Assembly: GCA_002269645.1 (NCBI GenBank)
Contig: NIVC01001489.1
Coordinates: 159,801-223,800 of the forward strand
DNA: 64,000 nt
From: Macrostomum lignano
Lineage: Eukaryota
Reading direction: 5' to 3'
Shown here piece after piece: positions 34,701 through 48,526 of this stretch (position 1 is the first letter of the stretch; each line of letters begins with the position of its first letter). The notes beneath the pieces are model-generated. The model saw only the letters and a list, made by a program, of their open reading frames with translations, was not told the origin of the DNA and ran no database searches. The position numbers and the translations under genes are program-made.

Positions 34701-37700
34701 TCATAGTCCAAGTCAACCTGCCGCCTGGCATTGGCGATCTCGTCTGTCCGCTCCCGCAGCCGCTCCAGCACCTGCAGATCCATCTCGGAGCGAATGCCGG
34801 CCCGTCGGATCCGTTCGATAGCCTGGGGGAGCAGCGACTCCGAGTAGCTGCGCTCGTCATTCACAATGGCCTCCTGGAACTCGGGCTGGACGGCCAGATT
34901 CAAGTAGATGGTGATAAAATTGCTCAGCATGGACCTCGGCTCCCAGCCGTATTTGTCCGGACTTCGGACTTTTAAAGTGTTGCACTTGCTGCCGCAGAGC
35001 TGTTTGAGATTGTAGTTGAGCATAGTTGCTAACCGCTCCACTAGTTCGCCGTTCATGAAAGCCCTGGGCAGCTCTTGAGTCAGGTAGTTGAACATTTCCA
35101 CCGTTTTTAGCGACAGGGTCAGGTAGGATTTCACCTGCAGGTTGGTGTTAGGTCAGTTTGTGGAAAATTTTTGGCTGGGAGAAACCAATAATAACCCTCT
35201 ACGAAGTCGCTCCTTATTGCCTGGCATGGACAGAGAAGCTACCCATCTCACTCTATTCGCTTCTCATTGGCTGAGACGAATAGAGAAGTCACCCACCTCA
35301 CTCTAGCCGCTTCTCACTGGCTGAGACAAACAGGGAAGCCATCTACCTCACTCCAGCCGCTTCTCATTGGCTAAGACAAACAGAGAAGCCACCAACCTCA
35401 CTCCAGTCGCCTCTCATTGGCTGAGAGAAATAGAGAAGTCACGCAACTCACACCCAGTCATTTCTTATTGACTACAGCGAATAGAAAAGGCACCACTTCA
35501 CTTCAGCAACTTCTAATTGGCTGAGATGAATACAAAAATTACCCACCCCACTCCACATTTCATTGGCGCTGAACATTTCATTGGCTAACACCGTCCAAAC
35601 CAACTGTTCCTTACAAGTCTTGCACCCGTATAACATACGCACCTGTCTCTCATTGTTATTCAGCTCCTGTCTAAGTTCTCCCTGCTGCTCGGCGGTGCAG
35701 CCTTGAAAGCCGGAATCTGCAAGGTCCTGAATCTCTCGGATTCGTTTCAAACAGCCGAGACTCTCGTCCAACAGGTAGGTGGCATCGTTAATCAACACGT
35801 TGACAAATCGTACAAATACGGGATTCTGAGACTGTCGACGGAACTGCTCCCTGTGCAGGTGGGTCGCCCAGAGGCTGTGAAATATAGTGGCTAGGTGATA
35901 GCGAATGGTGAACTTGTCGTAGAACTCGCTGCTCGAGCCCGTGCTTTCAACTTCCACGTAGAATTGTAACAGGCTAGTGACTAATCCGTCCAGACTCCAC
36001 TGCTGCATCACCAGGTCATGGAACTGAGCCTCCATACGAGGCTGCACAGTGGGATCAAGGTAAAATAATATCTCAACTAGCTTGGACACCAGGTGGGGAT
36101 TGCGCACCAGCGGATACGGATGAGACAGAGCCGCAATCACCAGGCGGAAGCAGCGCGGCACGGGAGTCTGCTTGAAGTAGCCGGGCTGGAATTCGATTAC
36201 CAGCACGAGCAGTTCGCACATGTCCTCTAGAAAGAACTCAGGCAGGCTGCGCAGCTCTTTGCACTGCTGCGTCTCGCCGTACTGCAGCAGGGAGAGCAGC
36301 CAGTCGGCCAGCTGATCGTAGTAGAACATGGCGTCCCTCAGCAGCGACTCGTGGTAGATTGCCGCCTAGCAGAGATGGATCAGTGTAAGCAATGCCAACT
36401 TAGCGAAAATTGTTAGTTGTCTTCATAACCCGAGCTTAGTCTTCATAAGCACTATTCTTCTCTAAATACTAAAGCAGAGTCAATCCGATGAAAACAGTAC
36501 CTAGGCATAGAAGCTTCCTAGCGTCACTTGCGTTGCCCCATAGTCGTTGCAGGTAACACAGGTAAAATACGATAAAGATGTCTCGGTACAAGTCTACAAA
36601 AAGTCGTCAATAAGTCAATTTGAGGTGTTCTATTGTCTGCGACTCTAAAAAAAGACTCTTGGGCGACAACAGGCACTCTGGTAGAGTTGTATCTGAGGCG
36701 TGCTTGAGTCTCTGTAGAATCACTGAGTTGCATCTCTAAAGCGCATCTGCCTCACTTTATGAATAAGACAACCTACTGCGCATAATCTACTTGAGTTAGT
36801 AGAAAGTTAAGCGCTAACACAGCGATTTTTAGACGACTTTCTGCAACTCAGGCGTGATGCGCTCGTGAGTGGCTTGCAATGACTCCTTAGCCATTCTTGT
36901 CACGGTTTTAATGCTTTTAACGGGTGAGTTAATAAATGATTCAAAGACACCGGTACGGAACTTGAATTATTCACGGAACGCTCACCTGATCGCACAGTTT
37001 AGCTCGCTTCTGACTGTTGAGAAATGTCCGAATCCTGTCGGCATTTTGCGCCTGCTCTCCGCTGTCCAGGATGCGTTCCGCTTCACGCAGATTGCGCAGT
37101 CTGCGCTTATGCTTGCGCAGCGTCGCAATCAGGCCGATGTGATGCGCGTAGGCGGCCAGAAAGAAGCCCTGCGTGTTGAAGCTGGCCGCCTCGGTGCCCA
37201 GCTCGCCTCGCCAGGCCGCCACCTCGCCGGCGTTCGCCATCAGGCGGGCATCGTCATCCTGATAATTAGTTGTTCATTGGTGATGATGATGGACCTTTGC
37301 ACTAATCCACCTGCACTTGCACCTTTGATGCACCACCTGCCCCTTGATGTAACACCTGCTCCTTGCACCATCTGCCACCTGCCCCTTGATGCACCACCTG
37401 TCCCTTGATGCACCACCTGCCACCTGCACCACCTGCCCCTTGATGCACCACCTGTTCCTTGATGCACCACCTGCCCCTTGATGCACCACCTGCCACCTGC
37501 ACCACCTGCCCCTTGATGCACCACCTGTTCCTTGATGCACCACCTGCCCCTTGATGCACCACCTGCCACCTGCACCACCTGCCCCTTGATGCACCACCTG
37601 TCCCTTGATGCACCACCTGCCCCTTGATGCACCACCTACCCCTTGATGCACCACCTGCCCCTTGATGCACCACCTGTCCCTTGATGCACCACCTGCCCCT

Positions 37701-40012
37701 TGATGCACCACCTACCCCTTGATGCACCACCTACCCCTTGATGCACCACCTGCCCTTTGATGCACCACCAGCCCCTTGATGCACCACCTGCCCCTTGATG
37801 CACCACCTGTCCCTTGATGCACCACCTGCCCCTTGATGCACCACCTACCCCTTGATGCACCACCAGCCCCTTGATGCACCACCTGCCACCTGCACCACCT
37901 GCCCCTTGATGCAACACCGACCCTTTGATGCACCAGTGCACTGCACTGAACTCACTTTGATCGGAAACGGACAGTCGGGCCTCAGCAAGAATGCCCGATC
38001 AACTTTGTCCAATGGAATCTTAGCGGCCAATTTGCACAGAGTCGCCTGCAGATTCAACAGGAAGCCTTCGCTCAGAGCGGACGATTCGTCGAATTGCATC
38101 TGGCCGCGGCTGGAGCCGAGCCGGCAGCAGCGCCAGAGCAGACGCAGCACCTCCGGGCGGCACTGCGGCTCGCGTAGCAGCGAATAGAGCAGCTGGTACT
38201 GCCGATCGCGGGCCACGTCCAGAGCCGTGTGGATAACTCGATGACTCATCAAAACCTCTTCTGGGCTCAGATTGTCCACCACTGGGAACAGTTCCTCGGC
38301 CACTTCAAACTGGGTAACACGATGATGCGATGGTGCACATTGAGTTTGCTTTTTAAATTATCGTTGAGCTCCGCTAGGTTGCATAAAATCATTTCACTTC
38401 TACACATGGTACCTAACCCATTTTTATTGAAAGCGTTATTATTTTACGTCGCCATATGCCCAAGTAAATAAATATTTGCATGATTTGTAGGCATTCAAGC
38501 AGGCGCACAACTAACAGTGACTGTGACGCAATTCTGCTCATTCCGCTTGCCCGATGAAAGCGGTACCGATGCCAAGAAGCGTCCTAAAGTTTCAGGGTCG
38601 TTGCAGATGAACACAGATAAAACAGGAAAGAAGTGACTCTAGACGACTCGAAAACGACGATATTTCACGGTACAAGTCATCAGAGTCTGCGACTCCTGGA
38701 CGGTGCAAGTGACTGGGGACCTAGTATCGTATCTGAGGCGTGCTAGAGTCGCTATAGAATCACTGACTTGCGCCTGCGTCACTTCACGAATAAGAACCGC
38801 ATTTCGCCTTTATAGAAACTATTTATTCTACTTAAATTATTAGAAAGTTAAGCGCTAACACAAAGACTCTTGGTTGACTTTTTCGCGGCTGTTGCGATTC
38901 TGCAACTCACGTGATGCGCTGCTGACTCCACGTCAAGTGGCCTCTCAGTCGCAATACAGTCGTTTGAGTCGTTGAAAGTCACAAGAGTCGCTATTTGTTT
39001 GCAATTACTCTTAAGAGATTTTTGTCACGGTAACGTTTTAAACCGGTTGAGCACATTGAGCGCCGATACTGTAGGAAGACACGCACTCATACACATGCTC
39101 AAACAGGCTGTACAGCTGCCCTGACTTTCTAATCGTCAGGCTCAGGCATGTACACTCTGTGCCCTGGGGATTGGACCTCGTTCAAATCCAAGTCCCAAAT
39201 TGATACGGTCATGCACAGTGGAACAAGAAGTCAAGGAGTGAGAGCAGCTCTGCTCCCTGCCCCAGGGAGTTCTCCAATCCCTTGAAGCGTGATTTTCGCA
39301 GTTTTTGCAGTAATAAAGCCCCAGGTTCGATTTCACTTTTAGCTTGTTAATGACAGTGAATTTTGAGCTTTCTACTATCTATTTCTGGTTTAAAAGTGAC
39401 CAATTAATTATAGCAACTTACAGACTCCGACGCGAACGGAGATAAGCAGAGAAACGCGGGCAGAAAAGACAGCCGTTCGAACAGCACCGGCACCTCAGTA
39501 TTGTAATTCCAGTTCTCCATCTGGAGCAGGAATCTGGCAAATACTCGGACACCATCAATTTGCAATTCGACCAATTCAATAATCATCTGCAGGACAGCTT
39601 TGTAAAAAGTCTCAGTCAGTCTTTGACGCTTCATCAGCGTGTGCAAATCGGTGAATAGCCGGTTAAAGACCTCGGCTCGGACGTCAGCTGACAGCTCTTG
39701 CCACAGAACAGTAACCAGGCCAGAGTCGCCAGACTCAAGCAGATGTGGCGTCAGCGGACTCAAGGCCGACATTGGCGCAGTGAAAGTGCCGGCAGCCAGC
39801 AGGCCCAAGTAGTGAACAAGGATTGCCCGGACTTCGGTCGGATGCGACCGGGACAACAGCTCGGAGATGTGAGTAACTCCGGCTACACCGTGGACTCGAA
39901 GGCCGCATAAGGGGCGGCCAGCAGATAGAAACTGACTGCTTGGACCGCACACCTGGCTAGCAAGGTAATCTAATGCAGAGTCAGCATCTCGCAGCTCTAT
40001 GTTAGTGCTCAT
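31782..40012 (-). CDS. UBE4B: Ubiquitin conjugation factor E4 B (Ufd2 core + U-box), ~878 aa, 6 coding exons
   Basis: Exons 40012-39422, 38309-37956, 37258-36986, 36365-35643, 35134-34625 and 31967-31782 are all phase 0 (2637 nt). UBE4B-type motifs: FYDKFTIRYHLATIFHSLW, FVRFVNVLINDATYLLDESL, RLATMLNYNLKQLCGSKC. U-box: APDEF...[31 protein letters not shown]. The start codon is inferred. Confidence 0.92.
32036..34585. repeat. 28-bp satellite (ggcccagcaactgaggatctgggaggct) filling the last UBE4B intron, with ~1030-bp higher-order duplication
   Basis: Identical spurious ORFs are offset by 1030-1031 bp (32582 vs 33613; 32999 vs 34029). Confidence 0.95.
35197..35470 (+). repeat. ~50-bp tandem repeat in a UBE4B intron (same family as 5853-6060)
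   Basis: agagaag(c/t)cacccacctcactc...cgcttctcattggctgaga units. Confidence 0.8.
36600..36960 (+). repeat. Dispersed repeat copy, also at ~38640-39050
   Basis: Shared blocks: gtatctgaggcgtgct.gagtc.ct.tagaatcactga, agaaagttaagcgctaacaca and tgcaactca. Confidence 0.65.
37310..37935. repeat. 19-bp intronic minisatellite (gcaccacctgccccttgat)
   Basis: About 30 units between UBE4B exons 2 and 3. Confidence 0.95.
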
Positions 40013-40190
40013 GTCTTAGCCAAGTACTGTAGCACTGGAAATTTTAATATAGTTATCCCAATTAACATATAGTGGACACATTATATAGTGCACAAGTAAC
40101 TTCCACATTACTACTTATATCTAGTAATATGATGAAAGTTTCACCTAGATTTTAGACTGTTAAAAGATTATGGTAATAAATACTACCCAA

Positions 40191-40499
40191 CAGTGGCGGA
40201 TCCAGAGTTTCATTTGGGGGGGGGGGTCCAAGTTTGGGGCGCCAACACGAGTGTAAGGGGCGCCAATTTTTAAGCTAGGGGGCACAAAAAATGCGTGTAG
40301 GGGGCGAAAAATCAAGCTTAGGGGCGCTAAAAAGGCGTTTGGGGGCGAAAAATCAAGCTTAGGGGCGCTATAAAGGCGTTTGGGGGCGAAAAGTCACGTT
40401 TAGGGGCGCAAATTTAGGTTTTTTGGGGGGCGCAATATGTTCAGTTAAGCTATTTTGGAGGGGGGGGGGGCGGCCACCCCCTTCCAAAATCCGCCCCTG
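40191..40499. mobile_element. hAT-type MITE with 8-bp target-site duplication
   Basis: TIRs CAGTGGCGGAT and ATCCGCCCCTG. Identical CTACCCAA flanks lie at 40183-40190 and 40500-40507. Internal ggggcgaaaa/ggggcgc repeats. Confidence 0.9.
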
Positions 40500-43099
40500 C
40501 TACCCAATTAAAAATGCCAAACTAACACAATTTTATTTAAAACTATAGTGACTTCAAAACTATTTTTAAGCAAAATGCAAGTGCACTTTTGTCTATTTGC
40601 TAACAGTTTTATATTGATCATTTGTAATAATTTAAATGTCAATTGAACAGTTTTTTAAAAATAACTTTAGGAAAGTTTTAGCTATCAATCAGTATGTTTA
40701 TAGAAAAAAAAAGACTATCTATTGCTAGATGGATCAGTTTTAAGATGGAAGGATAGAACAGCCTAGGACAGGTTGCCACATGTTTGTGACTCTGCCGAAA
40801 CTATCCTCAATAATCTAGATGAAGACTATTGAATAGCAATCTGAGGTGTTTAAGAGGCTCAATACTCCACAGTTGACCATTCACTAAAGCCATGGATTAT
40901 GAATCAGCATTGATGCTGGTCATCACACTTTTCTAAGCAACACTTAAATGTATATATATGGTTTTTGGCACTCAAAAAAGGAGGGAATAAAAAGCAATGA
41001 AGCTAAAACCGAAGTCTGAAATATTTTGCTATTTTAAAAGGCTTTTATTTTTTAAGTTTTTCTATAAACATATTTTTGTCAAAGCAGCCTACAAAGAAGT
41101 TTGAGTGCATTCAATCAAAAGTACTTTTTGCTACTTTCTGCTATATTTTTGTTTAAAACTTTTGTTTCCATTGCCTATTTTAAAATATATTAAATTTAAT
41201 ATGAAGAAGAGAGTTGCTACTATAAAATGGTCCAACATATTATTTGGATCATCTTAATAAGAGATATAATCAAAAGTGCCATTAATTTTGACAAGGTTTT
41301 TATTGAAAGTTTAATAGTTTTGCAACTTGAATACCAAAACAAAGTACCAAAACTTTGTCTTAGCCAACTTTGTTTTTATTGAAAGTTTGATAGTTTTGCA
41401 ACTTGCTTGAGTACCAAAACAAAGTCAAGGCTAGTGTAATTTCAAATTTTACACTTTGCTCTAAAGAAAATATTTGCAAAAATCTCTTAAATAGGAGTTC
41501 TTTTTAGTCAGAGGGTATGTCAATGCTCTAGGAAGCAAATCAATAGCAGGGTGCCAGATTGTAGTAAATTTCACAAAGACATGTTTAAGTACTTTTTAAT
41601 TAGTGGTTCTTTAAAATTAGAAAGGACCAGTAATAGAAGTACTAAAAGTTACTTTTTTAAAGAGTACCGGTACCAGAACAAGTGCCAGAAGTTATTTTCC
41701 TTGGAACTAGAAATTACTTAACTGAAAATTACTTTTTCAAAGTAATTTGTCCAACACTAGAAACAGACACAAGCTATTACAATAAAAACAATGCAATGCA
41801 ATGTTAAATTGAGATAGTGCTTAAAAGCTAGAAACCTTTTGGTCATTGTTAATGCCATACTGGAATATATAGATTAGTGATTATTAGTTAGCAATGTCTT
41901 GACACTCAGGAACCAAAGCTACCAAGGTAAATTGTATTGACAATGGTCTATATATAGTTAGTAAAAGATTTGTACTAGAGATAAAAGGATTATAGTTGTT
42001 TTGGTGACAAGACATTTTGGTGACAAATGTTTTGATAAGAAGAAAATATCCTTAGGTAATAGTTATTTTGTTTTTAGTGTCTAGTAAATATCTCTGCTTT
42101 TCTTGTAGTTAACATTTTAAAAGGATTCTCTATAGGTTTATGGTTTAGATGTCTGAATATTTTAGGAAAATTCAAAATGATCTGCAGAGAAAGAAAACCA
42201 TATAATTAGTTTGACTTTTTTCTACATATATTAATCTTTTGATAAAAATTTTTAAATATGAATGAAACATAAATCTTAACAATTACAAGCTAATTAATAT
42301 TATTAAGCACCTGTCACTAACTAAAATAATTATATTTTTAATTTTTTAACTTTTATCAATAACAAAGTGTATATAACAAAAACAACTTGCTTCTAGGTTC
42401 TAATCAACTTGTCATCCAAATGACTAGTACCTAGATAAAGTAAAGTCTAAGTAAATAACTTAATAATAGAAAATTGATAACAATTGTAAAAAATTGCTTG
42501 GACAAAACTAGAAAACCTACTACAATTGGTAGTTAATGGATAGTTTTTTGATTAAACAATAGTACAAATATACCTATACCAACTTGGTAGTATCTGTAGG
42601 ATTTTTCATAAGCTTAGAAAAGATTATTTTACCCCGTAACAACTTGGTAACATTGTTAGTATTATATAAGATAAAACAAAGCCCTTTGTAACAAATTAAT
42701 AAGATTTAGTTTTTTTATAGACCAAAATATTTGAGTATGAAATCAGTGGTCCCACTCAGCTGCACCAATTCCTTTCATGTCTGGTACTGAATTTCTGCGC
42801 CTGACAATGCTGGCACATTTTTGAGTTGTAAATCAGTGTGCATTAAAAAATTCCATACTTAATCCTGCATACCAGTAAGGCCTACATTATTGTAAAATAA
42901 ACTAATTTTATGCAAATGCTTGTAGATGCTCATAGATATTACAAACTTACAAAAAAAACCAAAGCCAAATGTCAGCAAAAAATTTCCAAAAACACCTCAA
43001 TTCCTCAAATGAATTGTTTGAGGAGTTGATTGAGTTAAAACCTGCTTCAAGGATTACAAAATATGTTTATCTTGCAAATAGAATAGCAAGCAAATACAA

Positions 43100-43810
43100 G
43101 ATCGCGAGTATCCTTAACATTCCACTTGTTGCTCTCTTTTTTTGAGCAGCTTCTCATGCTGCCACCTCAACTCATCTAGCTCTTTCCCCTTAAACTTTGA
43201 AGCTTTCTGTGCCTTTTCTAGCAGCTTCTGTGCCAATTCTTTCTTTTCCAATATGTGCTCAATTTTTTTCAAGTTCTCAATAGCCTCTTCCAAGTCTTTG
43301 AATGTCTTGCTTGATTTTTTTCAAATGAAACTTTAAGCCGGAGTGTCTCTTCCAGTTGCTTCTGCTGCGCCACTTCTTCCACCTTTTGTTTGTCTTTCAA
43401 GTGCTGCCTATAAGCAACATTGGCACCAATGTATAAATTGAGCAATCTAAAGAAGACTAGTAGTGTTGCCGCTGTCTAGCCCTTGACTTAAAGACACGAG
43501 GCTGCAACAATCAAAGAATTGATTATCATGGGAGCCAAACTCCTGCATTTCTTTGTCGTGACGTTGTTAAGGTTGCTAAAGATCTGCTCCACCTCAGCAT
43601 TGCCATGCAGAAGCAGAAGCACCAATAATGCTATGCTCTAATTAGGCAAACAAGTAGTTTCCTGTTGCTTGCTTTCTTAATAGCACTCCAAATTCAATGA
43701 CTATTGGTTTGTTGGCCATAATTTCAGCCTGGTCAATGGCATGCCAATGCAGTCGCATCTCAACCTCAAGACTGTAGACATCTTCTATTCAAACAATAGT
43801 TCTGCCTTGG
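43100..43810 (-). mobile_element. Degraded hAT-like transposase C-terminus (dimerisation motif and coiled coil)
   Basis: Minus frames give IWSAIKKAS.. / ALLVLLLLHGNAEVEQIFSNLNNVTTKKCRSLAPMIINSLI, resembling the hATC motif LPHSNAxVERxFS. A Lys/Glu-rich coil follows. Stops and frameshifts are present. Confidence 0.6.
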
Positions 43811-46800
43811 CTAAGACTTTCTTAAATTAGATTTATTTTGGATACATAAAACTAAAACAAGATGTACAAGGTAGAAGTGTAAGATGAAGAAGTTATTGCT
43901 TTAAATACAAATTTGAAAAAAAACAATGGCGCAAAAATTCACAAGGCTATAATTTGCACCTGGCCTCAATATTTGCAGATTTGTGCTTCTTTCATAAATT
44001 TTGCGCTTGGCATGAAATTTGCACCATAGTAGGACCATTGTATGAAATTAAGAATATAACATTAATTAACATACAAGATATAGCTAACATGTTTTGAGAA
44101 ACTGAAATCAACAAAAGCTTTATTTTGCTAAAAATTCAAGTTTGAAAATATTTCTTAGTAGGCCGGGCTAGGCCCTACCTAGGTCTAGGCCTATTATTAA
44201 ACTTAAAGGCAAAGCTAAAAACAATTCTAAGGATAGGTTATAGCTAGATAGCATAAAATTTGTAGACAATAAAATACTCAATAGGCCTAAAGCCTAAAAA
44301 AAAAATTAAATATTAATTTAATGTCAATGGCAATTGACATTGTCAAGTTCCATTGGCATTTGTTAAATTATTTTGACTCTAGAAAAGTCTACAAACTATT
44401 TTAAGTACAAATAAAGATTTTAGGAGACTTAAGCCTGATTAAGCACGCACGCTTACCTAAACTTAATAAGATATTACTAACTAAATGTGAAAAATAAAAG
44501 CCTTTTTTATTTGCATACACATAGTAGGCTTACTTTGTCTTAAAAAACAAACCTTATGCTGTTATAACTTATGGTAGGCCTATGCTAACAGTTAGAAATT
44601 GTTCAAGCTTTCATTAAGGCATTGCAGTAGAACTGATATAGACAGACTGTACAGAACACGAACAGTAACAAGCGAACAGAATAAAAGGCCACAGCCACAC
44701 GTCGATGCCGCCGCACCTTGACGGCATAATTTGCACTTTAGTCGAAACAAGTACTCAAAAAACAGTTTCAGCCCTTTGACAGGTGTACACTTTATTTTTA
44801 TGCTTACGATATATGCTTTGTGTGTTATTTTTTTCTGATATAGGCCTATTATTCGTTTATACACCTAAATTTAGAAGATCTGCTTCACTATTTGTTATAC
44901 TTGATAGTAAAATTAGTGATATGACGAAGTTATAACCCTCCTAGTTTTAACGTGTCAAGCACATGCTGCAAGTACTGTTACGGACGACCCCTCTCTTTTG
45001 AACGTAACCCCACCCCTTTTCTTAGCGGATTAAATCGCGGCTTGGTTGGTGACGTCACTTGGCTGATAGCAACGCCGCTGTTAGAGCTACAGATCTCCTG
45101 CCGGGCCTCTTACGAGAACGAGAATTCAACATAAAGTTAGGCTTAAAATCTCCGGTGCTCTGATGGTCATACATGTATAATATACAGAGTCAATGAATTT
45201 ATTAATTTGTTGAGACATTATAGCCCTTTGAGATCGTTACAGTACATTTATGCTATGTACATTGTACAAAGTGCTTAATTTTCAAAGAGTTCGACACTAA
45301 TAGAATTCACTACATGCCTTGTATCGTTATGCGAAATGCCACTTGGCCCCACTATGACTGTTTTATTACGGCAATTTTTTACACAGTCCCCGTACTATAT
45401 ATGTACGTACACGATCAGTTTACGTGATTATACTATATAGTCTGGCCGACCGTACGTACCCGCGACGTCTATCGACGTTGATGATAATGGGCTTTTGACA
45501 TTTTACATTGATGGATAACGTCAACAATTCATACGTCGGCCGAATTTCGATGTAATTGATGGGTTTCGACCTTCGGGCTCCTTGTTAGGGAAGCCTTCGG
45601 ACCTCAGGCTCAGAAATAAATCAATTAGAGACCTGGCCCCCCACTCCTGTCAGATGGTCAGCCCCATGGTAGCTTGATCGTGTGGCGAGCAGTCTAGGTC
45701 CTATAGCTAAGAGAGGGACAGCGAGAGACGAGCAGGGAGAATTTTGAAAGTAGAAATTAGCTAATCCGCAGATCAACTAACTTGCTGCCACCAGCCCGTG
45801 CGCCCTGGCTCACCACACCGGGACTCTCGAAATCGGGCTTCCGACTAGAAGGGGCTTTGCACTTACCTGCCAACTAGTGTCTTTTTGCTGTCAATCTCGA
45901 AGTCATAGCCGATGATAAGGGACACTGCTGGGACTAGATCGCATTGGCCATGCAGGTACAGAGGGGACTTGCGCAGGGGATTCTTGCGGTGGCGAGTCTA
46001 TGGGGTAGCTACATGTACTATTACATTGCTAAATACGAAGATATGTACTTTTGGCCTTCAACGCGCCAACTAGCCTCTCATAGCGCTGATGATAGACTAA
46101 CTCGAACTTCAGAGACCGCATGATTCATTTACCCGAGCCGCTTGGCTACCCTAGAGTGCACAAAGTACATCTCTGGCGCCGATTCTGCACTTCTGGCAGT
46201 TTTGCTCACTAATTTGATAGATTGGTCGACTGAGAACTGCCTTGCCATTGGTCCACTGTGACCGGCGCCTACTAGCTTAGCTACTCATCTGAGCCATCGG
46301 CGAACAAAGAAATAAAACCGACAAAAATAACTGTTAGATTTAACCTTCTCCTTAGTTCACTTCACACTTCAGATTGAATTGGAGTCTTAGACTACTAGCA
46401 GTATTATTGAATGATTCCTGCCTCAGCAACAGCACTACTGAACAAAATGAGCAAAAGTGTGCGCCTAATTCAGCTACTGCAACAGGGGACAGAAAAGGGA
46501 TCACCCAATCAAGCAAGTCTAGGTAGCCTCTCACCCAACCAATCAGAAACTCAACAGCCGGAGACCAGGTAATCCACAGTGACCGAATCGGCTCGATGCT
46601 CTGCAGCTGTAGACTCGGGATGATGCTGTCACAATCTTCGCTGTTAGCTAGCAGGTGATGCTCTTAACTTGATGTTCGCTGCTGATGACCGGGGGACTCG
46701 TCCTTGATGATGATGGGGGGAAGTCGCAATCCGGGGATCAAGAAACGACGGTCGTGCTCCGGGAACCAGATAGCGCGCTGGGCCCGAGCCAAAGTTGAGT

Positions 46801-46819
46801 CCGAGCGGGCCAAAAACTC

Positions 46820-46955
46820 CGTTTTAAATAGCCGCCAACTGGACCGCAGTTTGTTATAATGGAACACGTCGATTCTGATTGGCTGAGCCGTTTTGTTACA
46901 ATGAGCGCCGAATTTTCTGATTGGCTAAGCTTGTTGCTACCCAGAATCACGTGAC
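46820..46955 (-). promoter_or_regulatory. Candidate Pol II promoter firing leftwards (2 CCAAT boxes, E-box, TATA)
   Basis: Minus strand: CCAATCAG at ~46876-46883 and ~46917-46924, TCACGTGA at 46947-46954, TATTTAAA at 46823-46830. A GC-rich ATG-poor segment follows. Confidence 0.45.
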
Positions 46956-47846
46956 CGAGAGATCCTATCAGTTCCCACAGGATCGTAAAAAGATGACAGG
47001 TGCGGCCATAAATCACTCAAAATCGCAACAAAATGATTTATGACTTTTCGCGTAGGATTGACAGAAATTAATGAAAAAATATACATTAGAAAGCTCTTAT
47101 TAAATAGAAAGTGAAGATAATGAAGAGAAATTGCTAATCGCTAATCCCAAGGTACTTTTAGGGGTAAAACGCATAGCTGTCAAAGCTGTCACACGCTTGA
47201 GTGAACACGAACAATAGGCTCTGACCTCATAAATCTTGATGGCCTGTCAAAATGATGAGAAAAAAGCTACCGCCCGCATCCTCTCAGACCATCTGGCGCC
47301 CGCTTCAACACTGAGTGAGGCGCAGGTGGCTGTCAGACCAACTTTGAAAGCGATGATTTATGACCCAAAAAGCTGCGCCTATGTTATTATGACTACTAGT
47401 ATGACCAGACATTATATCTAGTATAGATTCTATGAAAATTCGCAGAAAAAGGATAAAAATGCCCATTGCCCACTGTTAGTAGGCAAGTAAGTTTAGAGCC
47501 CATGTGCTAGCGCGGGATTTGGGAAAAAGTGCGTCCTCATCATAATTTAAAAATACATACGAGTATCAACTGTCATCGACGTCGATAACGTCGGGAACGT
47601 CGGCAAGACGTCGCGGACGCCGGATTGCTGTATGGGATCGGTGTGTCTGACGACCAGACGTCCGGAAAAAGGTACAAATTGAAGCGTCAAATTAGAGAAA
47701 TAGCGCGAAGAAGTCTGCTATATTCACAGTGGCGAATGTACGTAGTACTATGAATTTAAAAAGAAGGCATATTTATATTCTGGTCTTAAAAGTCGGAATG
47801 TGTACAAGCCGGCTGGTCTTAAACGATGCGTCAACTGTCAGTTAAA

Positions 47847-48033
47847 GGCCAATTCACATTACCGCTAGTAGCTCGATCTGCGGGTCCAAGATTGATCAAA
47901 TCAATTTAAAGTTGGGTTGAGACCCATATTTTAACATTGATTCAAATCAATATGATTCAAAATGAGCAATCTTGCAGCACCGGCAGAGCCATACATGTAG
48001 CTCGATCGTACTTGGCGGTAGTGTGAAACCGCC
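47847..48033. mobile_element. Small MITE-like element
   Basis: Terminal inverted repeats GGCCAATTCACATTACCGC and GCGGTAGTGTGAAACCGCC. The TSD could not be resolved. Confidence 0.55.
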
Positions 48034-48526
48034 TTAATTTAAAAGTTGTTCAATCGTTATTAACCAAAGTAGATCACCAATTTATTGATCTTAGTATAAG
48101 CTTTCTGTTTTGCCAAGTAATGAATAGACATCTTTGAGTTGATTGTGAAACGCGGTTTCAAATAACTATTCCGTTTTCTGTAGACGAGTGAAACATACTG
48201 TGTAATTTTTGTCTAATAGAATGCTCTGGATAGAGACTAGTAGACTTTGATAGCTTTGTGAAAAGAGAGATAATTTGTGAAGCCAATGGTCAGACAAATT
48301 ACTAGTATAGTGACAAAGTGAGAATTACGAATGCGTTTCATGAGAAGTTGTGACAAATTGACAAGTTACAGGTGACAAGTGACAATAATTGTCTAGCGCT
48401 ATCCTGGCCGATCTGCTTATAAACATACACTACGCTCTTGTGGATTCTATGGTGTACGCAGTATTAAAATAAAATTTGACAAGCGCGGTCCGTGTACTTG
48501 TCAAGTATGCATTCAAGACGAGGATC

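Noticed and set aside
37240-37941. GGASRGRWCIKG repeat ORFs
   Set aside because: These are translations of the 19-bp intronic minisatellite.
38540-38695. Additional hammerhead-like motifs (minus-strand CUGAUGA...GAAA at ~38655-38685; CCGAUGA at ~38550)
   Set aside because: Stem II and helix III pairings are broken. They are at best degenerate relics.
43142-43400. Coiled-coil exon as the N-terminus of UBE4B
   Set aside because: It is AT-rich, frameshifted and contiguous with the hAT-like remnant, unlike the GC-rich UBE4B exons.
44975-46340. Possible solo LTR (TG start, AATAAA near 46307)
   Set aside because: No matching CA end, TSD, PBS or second copy was identified.
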